Shown here: in pieces, positions 54,056 to 64,000 of the stretch
Position numbering within the stretch: position 1 is the first letter of the stretch
How the letters are laid out: every line of letters starts with the position of its first letter
Source of the DNA: Eledone cirrhosa
Lineage: Eukaryota
Assembly: GCA_964016885.1 (NCBI GenBank)
Contig: OZ024747.1
Span: 91,388,001 to 91,452,000, forward strand
DNA length: 64,000 nucleotides
Direction of reading: 5' to 3'
Notes under the pieces: generated by a model
Told to the model about the DNA's origin: nothing
The model's database searches: none
The model's input: the letters and a program-made list of their open reading frames with translations, nothing else
Program-made: the position numbers and the translations under genes

Positions 54056-54143
54056 ATATTACATATGTTTCTCCGTCGAACGGCTCGAGCCAAGATCTGT
54101 TACAGATCGAACCCGACTCTGCAGTCGAAGGATCTTCAGATAT
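54056..54143 (-). ncRNA. Type I hammerhead with a branched stem II
   Basis: ATAT CTGAAGA TCCTTCGA..GATCTG TAA CAGATC..TCGACGGA GAAA CATATG TA ATAT. Confidence 0.7.
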
Positions 54144-54320
54144 ATTTTGTATGTTCAAACATCTCAGCTGTTATTTATCCGTTGTACATATTAGCATCCT
54201 CCTATTTCGGCCTTTTCATTAGTTCAATAATACCATCATCATCATCTTTCTATCCACTATCGTTAGTCCATCACCTGGTCAAGCTGCCGTATTCGTTCAA
54301 GCGTCACCTGCCACCATATA

Positions 54321-54465
54321 TAATTGTTTCTACTGTTGGCACAAGGCCATCAATTAAACAGTATATTACTGGTACTTATTTTATCGAACCCGTAAGGATG
54401 AAAGGCAAAGTTAACCTCGGCGGGATTTGAACTCAAACCATAAAGGGCCCTAACTCTTTGCTGCA
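54321..54465 (-). mobile_element. SINE family A copy
   Basis: Core and tail. Confidence 0.85.
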
Positions 54466-54497
54466 ATTGTTTGTTAGTTACTACAACTTTTACTTAC

Positions 54498-54563
<66 letters not shown>

Positions 54564-54616
54564 ATGAGAAGAAAGAATACTGCGTGGTTGCACATGGGTT
54601 ACATATGATAAAAATA

Positions 54617-54718
54617 GTCTTTCGTCAGTGATTTTTCAACCTTCATTGGTATTTCATCGCTTTAAAAGTCATATACCTTCGGTTGGTGCGAGCAATAGCT
54701 AAATAAAGCTATTGGAAC
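54617..54718 (-). ncRNA. Permuted-hammerhead candidate, diverged copy
   Basis: GTTC CAATAGCT TTATTT AGCTATTG C TCGC A CCAACC GA AGGTAT A TGACTTTT AAA GCGA T GAAA TACC AATGAA GGTTG AAAAATCA CTGACGA A AGAC. Confidence 0.65.
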
Positions 54719-54928
54719 AAGTAAATCACGTAAAGAGAGCGAGACAGTAAACAAACAAGGAAGGATAGCAACGCAAAGATAGGAAAAAACAAGCGCATAG
54801 GGATCCGGTCAGCTTAAGCTGTGTGGATTTCATGAGCGAGGGAAATACAGACCGTCCGTCGTGAGTGAGATGTGAGCAAGAAGGGAACCCACTACAGGCC
54901 AAACGGGAGGAAGTGAGAAGGGGGAGAA

Positions 54929-55008
<80 letters not shown>

Positions 55009-55239
55009 GTATATATAAAGTTTAGCCCGGGTTTAATCAGGGGTAACCACAGTAAGTAAGGTACTCAATATATAGCAGAGTATAAATATTTAATATAGAA
55101 AGGCTTCTACACGACTAGATCTGTTTCATTCGGTAGAAATCATCAAGCTTAATGATGATTTCTACCGAATGAAACAGTTCTAGTACTGTAGAAGCCTTTA
55201 TATATATATATATATTATATATATATAGATATATATAAT

Positions 55240-55565
55240 ATAATTGTTTCTACTTTTGGCACAAAGCCAGCCATACCCAGTACATTACTGGTACTTTATT
55301 TTATCGACCCCGTAAAGATGAAAGGCAAAGGTAACCTCGGCGGGATTTGAACTCAGACTATAAAGGGCCATGACTATGCTGGAAAGCATGGCAACCAACC
55401 CTCTACCGATACTGCCAATCCACCAGCCTATATATAATATAATTGTTTCTACTTTTGGCACAAGGCCAGCAATTACCCAGTACATTACTGGTACTTTATT
55501 TTATTGACCCCGTAAGGATGAAAGGTAAAGTTAACCTCGGCGGGATTTGAACTCAGATCGTAAAG
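55240..55565 (-). mobile_element. Two tandem SINE family A copies
   Basis: 55240-55425 and 55439-55565. Confidence 0.9.
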
Positions 55566-56013
55566 AGACATATAATGTTAGTTGCCTAACATTTCTGATT
55601 TGAATGTTATCTATCATTCATGAATAAACTAAGTCCATTTATATTAGTTGAGACTTTTTAGCTATCCACAGCTCTTTTAAAGAGTAACATAATTATAATT
55701 AATTCAAAGTCTCATGTTTAAATAAGTTTTAAAATACTAACTGTTTATTTAACTCATATTTTCCGCTCTGTTGCTTATGATAAACACCGCTTCTCGACAT
55801 CTTAAGCATGTTAACTATGTACACATAATGCTCACTCGCTTCGTTTATTTCAATTATTAACAAGAGAAATATCATAGAAACCACACGAGCTTAATTAACT
55901 TTACTAAAACTATCAAAGAAGAAGTTGCTGAATTTTTCAAAAGGGCAGAAAAAATATAGGAATGGACAGACAATGGATTTGACCTCGAAAATCGAGATAC
56001 CTCGATGCTTTAA

Positions 56014-56095
<82 letters not shown>

Positions 56096-56565
56096 CTAGT
56101 CCTGTAGAAGCTTTTCTATATATATATATATATAGTTATACTTTGGGAGGGTCATGTTTCCAATAAGAAACACACGCACCAGTTGGTTTCACTTCAATTT
56201 ATTATAATAAATTATTCCGGGTTTAATCGGGGTTAACCACAGAAAGTAAGGTACTCAATAGATAGCAGAGTATAAAGTTTAATATAGAGGGCTCGATAAA
56301 GATAAATTAGATTAGAGCAAACATCACGGGTGCTCTATCTCAAAATTATTTTTGAAAAGCATTAGAAATGCGCAACCGGTAAAAACTTAAAACTAAAACT
56401 GAATACTAACCAATACTTATTACTAATTTTTACTTATTCCTAATTAAAGTATTTTTTCACTGGGAACAATTTGTCAGCATTTTCTTTTCCTTTTACCAAT
56501 ATATATATATATATAATAATAATGATGGCTGCGCGTTGCAAATGGTGGTGCATATGAAAAAGTAA

Positions 56566-56667
56566 GTCCTTCATCAGTGACCCTCCAACCGTCCCAGGCA
56601 TTTCATCGCTTTAAGGGCCATATGCCTCAGGTTGGTGCGAACAACGACTAAAAAAAGTCGTTGGGAC
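56566..56667 (-). ncRNA. Permuted-hammerhead candidate (inverted partner of 57741)
   Basis: Same as the 57741 copy, with a perfect CAACGACT/AGTCGTTG hairpin. Confidence 0.7.
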
Positions 56668-57740
56668 ACGTAAATAAAGAGGACGTTAGGGTAACAAACA
56701 AAAAGGTTTAAGCAACGGATAGTGAGAAGAAATAGACAAGTCCCAGATCTCTATGAATATAAACTCGGTGAAATCGTGAACAAGAGACAAAAGACCATCA
56801 AACCTGGTTGAAATGTGAGCAAGGAAAGAATTTCGCACAGGTCTAACGGGGGGGGGAAAGAGAAAGAAGAAGAAGAAGAAGAAGAAGAAGAAGAAGAAGA
56901 AGAAGAAGAAGAAGAAGAAGAAGAAGAAGAAGGGGTCTGGTCTACGAATTCGGTAAACATAAGATTTGTGAAGTCGCAGACGAAAGAGAGAGAGAGAAAA
57001 AAATTACATACCAGCTTGACCAAGACCGCGATGCACCACCATTTGCAACGCGCAACCATCATTATTATCATATTTACACATAATTTTTCTTCTGCTGCCA
57101 CTCGTCTGTTTCGTTCTTTGTACCTTTTACCCTTTCTCGTTCTTTGTACCTTTTACCCTTTCTAGCAGTCTCTCTCTCTGTTAGCCTCCTCCTCAACTTT
57201 CACTCACTCATTCTCTGTCACTACCTCTCCTCCTCCTCTTTCCTCCTCCTTCAAGTTTGACCTGTGTGTAATTCTTTTCTCGCGCGGTCTTGGTCAAGCT
57301 GGTATGTAATTTTTTTCTCTCTCTCTCTTTCGTCTGCGACTTCACAAAACTTATGTTTACCGAATTCGTAGACCAGACCCCTTCTTCTTCTTCTTCTTCT
57401 TCTTCTTCTTCTTCTTCTTCTTCTTCTTCTTCTTCTTCTTCTTCTTCTTCTTCTTCTTCTTCTTCTTCTTCTTCTTCTTCTTCTTCTTCTTCTTCTTCTT
57501 CTTCTTCTTCTTCTTCTTCTTCTTCTTCTTCTTCTTCTTCTTCTTCTTTCTCTTCCCCCCCGTTAGACCTGTGCGAAATTCTTTCCTTGCTCACATTTCA
57601 ACCAGGTTTGATGGTCTTTTGTCTCTTGTTCACGATTTCACCGAGTTTATATTCATAGAGATCTGGGACTTGTCTATTTCTTCTCACTTTCCGTTGCTTA
57701 AACCTTTTTGTTTGTTACCCTAACGTCCCTTTATTTACGT

Positions 57741-57842
57741 GTCCCAACGACTTTTTTTAGCCGTTGTTCGCACCAACCTGAGGCATATGGCCCTTAAAGC
57801 GATGAAATGCCTGGGACGGTTGGAGGGTCACTGATGAAGGAC
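57741..57842 (+). ncRNA. Permuted-hammerhead candidate
   Basis: GTCC CAACGAC..GCCGTTG T TCGC A CCAACC TG AGGCAT A TGGCCCT TAAA GCGA T GAAA TGCCT GGGAC GGTTGG AGGGTCA CTGATGA A GGAC; predicted cut 3' of A57787. Confidence 0.7.
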
Positions 57843-57848
57843 TTACTT

Positions 57849-57902
<54 letters not shown>

Positions 57903-58070
57903 TTATTTATTTATATATATAGAAGCAGCTTCCTAATGATTTCTCACGAACGAAACACTTCTAGTCTTGTAGAAGCTTTTCTATATTAAACTTTATAATC
58001 TGCTATCTATTGAGTACCTTACTGTGGTTAACCCCGATTAAACCCGGAATAACCTATATATATGTGTGTG

Positions 58071-58155
<85 letters not shown>

Positions 58156-58313
58156 ATACTTTGGGAGGGTCATGTTGCCAATAAGAAACACACGCACCAG
58201 TTGCTTTCACTTCAATTTATTATAAATTTATAAATTTATAAATTTACAAATCTACAAACTTATAAATTTCTGGTTGGTTGGTTGGTTCTACAACCAGATA
58301 GTTGTTTATATAT

Positions 58314-58358
58314 AGTCATAGTCCTTTCGTCACACACTCTGTGACCTCTTCAGTGACT
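58314..58358 (-). ncRNA. Type I hammerhead downstream of the PLE ORF
   Basis: AGTCA CTGAAGA G GTCAC AGAGTGT GTGAC GAAA GGAC TA TGACT. Confidence 0.75.
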
Positions 58359-58573
58359 GGGATTCCTTTCTTTGTTTCTGTGCCTTTCCTTTCTTTTGTC
58401 CTACGCCATTTTGTTTCTGTGTGTGTGTTGTGTGCTCAGTTTGCGCATGCGCCACATCCGGGTATCTGTGTGTGTTTGTGTTCATTTATCTATTTGTTTA
58501 TTTATTTATTTATTTATTTACATGTTGTTGGTTGGTTGTTTGTTCTATGTGTGTGTGTGTTTTCATTTTGTCC

Positions 58574-58894
58574 TTAATTGTAAGTTATGATGTTCCTGTT
58601 CCACTCATATTTTCTATTTAATTTTGGTTGTAATTCTTTTATGCTTACTGCCTCTGTAATTTGCCTAAACATTGCATCTTTTCTGTGTGTGGATTCTATT
58701 TTTATTTCTATGTTCTCTAATTTACCCCTGTGCTCTATCTTAGCATGTTGGTAGAGCACAGATGATTCTTTATTATCTTGAAGGTCTCGCCAGTGTTCAT
58801 TTATTCGTTCCCCTATACTACGAGCTGTCTCACCTATGTACACTATATTTTTGTTTCTACATTGTCCTTCAGTACATCTTATGCTATATAACAA
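58574..58894 (-). pseudogene. GIY-YIG endonuclease domain of a 5'-truncated Penelope-like retroelement
   Basis: LYSIRC...C....VYIGETARSIGERINEH...S.LYQH...H...RQITEAVSI...P.LN; no upstream RT, abuts a TA tract. Confidence 0.9.
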
Positions 58895-59013
58895 ATTCAG
58901 AAACGAAATATATATATATATATATAGTAATAATAATAAATTTGAAGACTAAAATCCAAAGAGGGCTCGATAAGGATAAATATATATCAAATATATAAGA
59001 GCCGTAGAGCAAA

Positions 59014-59148
59014 TATTTATTAAAATAACAGATAAAAGTTTAAGCGAAGAATCGTTGCTTTCACCCTTAAAGGGATCTTCAGAAGATCCCGTTAAGGGTG
59101 AAAGCACCGATTCTTTGCTTAAACTTTAATCTGTTATTTTAATAAATA
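59014..59148. repeat. Fold-back palindrome centred within a hammerhead core
   Basis: Centre TCTTC A GAAGA (59081); arm reads C(A/T)GAAGA TCCC N5 GGGT GAAA GCA..TGC TT AAACTT. Confidence 0.8.
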
Positions 59149-59149
59149 A

Positions 59150-59196
<47 letters not shown>

Positions 59197-59365
59197 AATT
59201 ATGTCTCATATAAAATAATACTACTGGTCTTCCGCAAAATACATATAGTTAGCACCCCAAACGTAAAATTGGGATTATACTAAGGTATATCCTAATGTTT
59301 GTTGAGTGAGATGGAAGCCAGTCAGAGTATAGCTTAAGGCTTTTTCTGTTAATGTATTGTATATA

Positions 59366-59466
<101 letters not shown>

Positions 59467-60185
59467 CCATGGTAGAATAGTAAAATGTATTTCGTGTTTC
59501 ACAATCCTGAAAACTAAAATCGTTACAGACAAATTTCATTCAGAGTTCACTCCTCATAAATCTAGAATTTTCTGACGAGGAAATTAAAAACATTAGACGT
59601 CTGCCAACTTGTAGGTTTCGAAATTGGTATAAACTGCAGGTTTCAGCGGTCCATCAAAGATTTCATATGATTCTTATGTGTAATTAATCATTGGTCACGT
59701 CGGAACACCTAACTGCCCCAAACACAAACATGTCTCCTTTATTCTCATTCGTCTATTTGATTCATCAATTATCCATGCTTTCCTTTTCCTTTTTATCTTT
59801 TCTTCCTTCTCCTCCTCTATTCTATCTCTCCATTCTCTTTACACTTTCACACCAATTACCATAACCATTTTATACAATAACTGTTTCACCTTATCTCTTT
59901 CGCTCTTCTTATTCAAACGTTGCTTTTTCTTCTCGCTTTCTACATATATATGTACTTAAATGTATACACACACACACATATGTATATATATATATATACA
60001 TACACACACACACATATATATACACATACACACATATATATACACACACATACATATCTATATATACACACACATACACACATATATATACACACACACA
60101 TATATATACATACACACACAGGCACATATATATACATACACACACATACATATATATACACGCACACACATATATATATATACAT

Positions 60186-60218
<33 letters not shown>

Positions 60219-60235
60219 CACACACACGCACACGC

Positions 60236-60268
<33 letters not shown>

Positions 60269-60302
60269 TATATAAACACACACATACATATATATTTGTG
60301 TT

Positions 60303-60340
<38 letters not shown>

Positions 60341-60357
60341 AATATATATATAAATAT

Positions 60358-60395
<38 letters not shown>

Positions 60396-60732
60396 CCAAA
60401 TATGTAAATGTCCACTTTACTTCACAGACATATCCACATGCTCACAGACACACTGTTTACCATTTTCCATTGTTCCTATTATCATCTTTCTTTCTCCATC
60501 GTTCTATTCACTCACATTGACTCCTGAACTTTCAGACATCATTTTAAATGCTATGTAATGTTACCGCCTATGATGAGAACATTTGGAATATTTGAAATGT
60601 GTCGTCTAGCAAAATATGGGTTAATCTTTCTCAGCTGTGATTTAAAATTACGTTGGAACTTGGTAATGTCTCCAAAGAGCATAATACACTATATATGTTT
60701 ATGTGTGTATATATAAATATACATGTGTGTCA

Positions 60733-60834
<102 letters not shown>

Positions 60835-60876
60835 TATATATATATATATACATTATATATATACATATGTATACAT

Positions 60877-60914
<38 letters not shown>

Positions 60915-61186
60915 CATTATATATATATATATATACATTATATATATATATATACATTATATATATATATATATAATATATATATATATACATACATACA
61001 TACACTCGATCACAAACACACACATACATGTACATATACATATATATATGTGTGTGTGTGTATATATATGTATATATAAACACGCACACACCCATACATA
61101 TATATGAACACACACGTGTGTATATGAAATGTTAACGACTCCTTTAAATTTCATCTAACGTCACTTTCGAGTTTTCCCTAATAAGG

Positions 61187-61243
<57 letters not shown>

Positions 61244-61488
61244 GTATATATATGTACTAAATTCTTGTGAAACTGTCTCCTTTTCCATGCCACTGATGAC
61301 AATAAAACACCAATTAGTTTAATACCATCTTTTCCCAAGACACACTGACCTGTGTCCGGAGAATATATTTTATATATGCATTTTGATATACGAAACAATG
61401 TCTCAAATGTTTATTGTCTTTTTGTCCTTTTCTCCTAGAGCACTTTATTTTATTAGTGCTATTATTATTGCACCCACATACACACACA

Positions 61489-61547
<59 letters not shown>

Positions 61548-61549
<2 letters not shown>

Positions 61550-62122
61550 TGGCTGCCAACTCGTTATCGTGTACGGCCACTACTTTATATCCATGTAGGA
61601 GAACCCTTACCGATGCGCTGAACAAGTGTGACATTTTAGTCCAGCCAGCGACTTGAAAACTCTGGTACAAACACTACACTTGTGACAATTATTGACACAT
61701 AGTGCTGGACCCATGGTACCATGTGACGACAAGTGCAGAGAGATCTCCAGATATATAAGCAATGCCTGTGCCGTGAAGCTTTTATAGTAAGCAAAGGCAC
61801 TGCAAAAAGCCAGTCCCACTCTCTTAACCAAGATGATATTTACCAAAGGGTTGCAGGTGCTATATCAGAATTTTCCTTCTCCTAGAATTCTGCCTTGACA
61901 AAGGCTAAGGGGTCATCTCTCCCGGTGATTTTGGATGGCCATTGACTCTTAAGAGCTCCTTTGCCCTTTGACAGGTTTTGTTTTTAGCCCTGCAGGATTT
62001 CCAAAGTCACTCTCCTCACCAAGAAACCTTGGTGGGGTTGCCAGTTTAGTCGCCAACGACCCGACCATGGGACAGGTTGTACTGGGATACATGTTACTAG
62101 TAGCACCAACTGGTTACCTGAC
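61548..62122 (-). mobile_element. Apparently full-length (about 575 bp) non-autonomous RTE derivative
   Basis: 5' part with CTAGGAGAAGGAAAATTCTGA (recalled RTE 5'UTR motif) joined to a zinc-finger-coding 3' end; TA tracts on both sides. Confidence 0.75.
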
Positions 62123-62317
62123 ATATATATATATATAAATGGGTGTGAATATATACATGCATATATATATATATATATATATGGGTGTGTGTGTGTGTGT
62201 ATATATATATATTGGTGGGTGTGTGTGTATATATATATATATATGTGTGTGTGTGTATATATATATATATGTATGTGTGTGTGTATATCTATATATCTAT
62301 ATATCTATATATATGGA

Positions 62318-62380
<63 letters not shown>

Positions 62381-62479
62381 TAAAATAACAGATTTGCTCT
62401 ACGGATCTTATATATTTGATATATATTTATCCTTATCGAGCCCTCTTAGGATTTTAGTCTTCAAATTTATTATTATTAC

Positions 62480-62513
<34 letters not shown>

Positions 62514-62827
62514 TGGATGTGTGTTTATATATATATATGGATGTGTGTGTGTGTATATATATGTGGATGTGTGTGTGTGTGTATATATCCAGGGTCACCG
62601 TGTCTCCTGTATTCTTATACCTCTAGTAGTTCATCTCCATGGCGTATGTTGGTGTAGGCAATGTTTTCAACTCAGTCTCCAGTGTCCACACCACTGATAT
62701 TGTCCAATGGAAGGATAAGGGCCAATACAGAATGGTGTCAATATATTTATATACTGTCAAATCTAGAATAGCCTATTTGGTGCATTGAACCTATGCAATG
62801 TCATGACCGTCAAAAATCTAGTCATAT

Positions 62828-63001
62828 TGGATTGGCAGTATTGGTAGAGCGTCAGACGCCGTCGTTTGCAACATAGTTATTGCCCTTTATGTTCTGAGTT
62901 CAAATCCCGCCAAGACTGACTTTGCCTTTCATCCTAACGGGGTCGATGAAATAAAATGCCAGTAATGTACTGGGTGATGGTGGCCTTATGCCAAAAGTAG
63001 A

Positions 63002-63004
<3 letters not shown>
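62828..63004 (+). mobile_element. SINE family A copy
   Basis: Full length, diverged. Confidence 0.85.
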
Positions 63005-63043
<39 letters not shown>

Positions 63044-63133
63044 GTATATATATATATATATATATATCCAGCGAACCTCAACCGTTAAGGTTGTCTTTAT
63101 GCGGGTATGTCAATATTTATATAAACAAATTTG

Positions 63134-63199
63134 TATTTTATCTGATGAAAGCGCACCAAAATTTGCCTTGGTTGCCCTTGAAATATATATAATAAAATA
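63134..63199 (+). ncRNA. Type I hammerhead ribozyme
   Basis: TATTTTAT CTGATGA AAGCGCACCAA..TTGGTTGCCCTT GAAA TATATA TA ATAAAATA; perfect 8-bp stem I. Confidence 0.8.
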
Positions 63200-63824
63200 A
63201 TTATGGTTTTATAAATATAGTTTCCATTTATTAATATATTGAATATTTACGCCACTCATCTGTTGAGTGGTTTATATCAGTTATAAATATGTTTAAGCTT
63301 GTTGAATACCAACAAATTAAATATAGCTTCTGCATATATATATATATATATAGCAATTGCGTTATGTTGCTTACCAATGGGTTGAACTCATGGTCCAGTT
63401 ATTTACTTAATGCAATAAATTAAAGCACTCGACGCTATGCAAACAATCCACCGTATATGTAGTATCCCGTTGCTGGTGCGGCAACGGAATGAAATATTCA
63501 TTAAAAACAACAGAAGACACTCAGGACTTGAGATTTCCTTTAAAATTCTAATCCTGCGAAAACTATACATATCTCAATGTCTCAGTTTCAATATCAGAAC
63601 ATATACAAAACTTATGCGATTTCATCAGGTGTTGATTGCCGAATTATATAAGATAACAGGATTACGGCGATCACAAACAGAAATTAGTGGATAGATTTGG
63701 TTCAGGGATGGCTTGACGATTCGGTGTTACTGTAACTGCAATCTACCGCCCTTAGAATAGTAATAATAATTAAACCCTAGTAAAATTCCTCTGGTGCTTG
63801 TGTTTTTATTGGCAGCATGACCCT

Positions 63825-63897
<73 letters not shown>

Positions 63898-64000
63898 GGT
63901 GTTCAACCAACCAGCAGTGCTTAAGTGACTGTAAACAATAATTGCAGCTTTTAGTCCAGTAAAATCTTTACATACGCTAAATTTGAAATTTAAAAATTCT

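Larger units (their letters stand above)
56515..57856. mobile_element. Large inverted pLTR-like duplication
   Basis: 56552-57030 is a near-exact reverse complement of 57283-57856 apart from (GAA)n length; 56515-56553 is the reverse complement of 57031-57068. Confidence 0.85.

Noticed and set aside
56751-57658. Poly-Glu and poly-Ser ORFs
   Set aside because: Products of (GAA)n inside an inverted repeat.

Overview
AT-rich, microsatellite-dense animal DNA with no confidently identifiable host exon. The repeat content resembles an octopus/cephalopod intergenic or intronic region (inference). Almost all listed ORFs are artefacts of (TA)n, (CA)n, (AGT)n or (GAA)n tracts. Real content: about 20 copies of one tRNA-headed SINE, a non-autonomous RTE derivative, CRE-like and L1/Tx1-like LINE scraps, an internally deleted mariner, three MITE types, and many Penelope-like element (PLE) fragments. 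The PLE fragments include a GIY-YIG ORF remnant and about 10 canonical type I hammerhead ribozymes (HHRs), often in fold-back palindromes. Headline: a repeat family (4 full copies, 1 partial) holds all hammerhead core elements in the non-cyclic order UH, GAAA, CUGAUGA. Six predicted helices hold this arrangement together, five of them showing compensatory changes, so it is a candidate pseudoknotted, non-circularly permuted hammerhead ribozyme. All folds were done by eye; no searches were run, and repeat boundaries are approximate.
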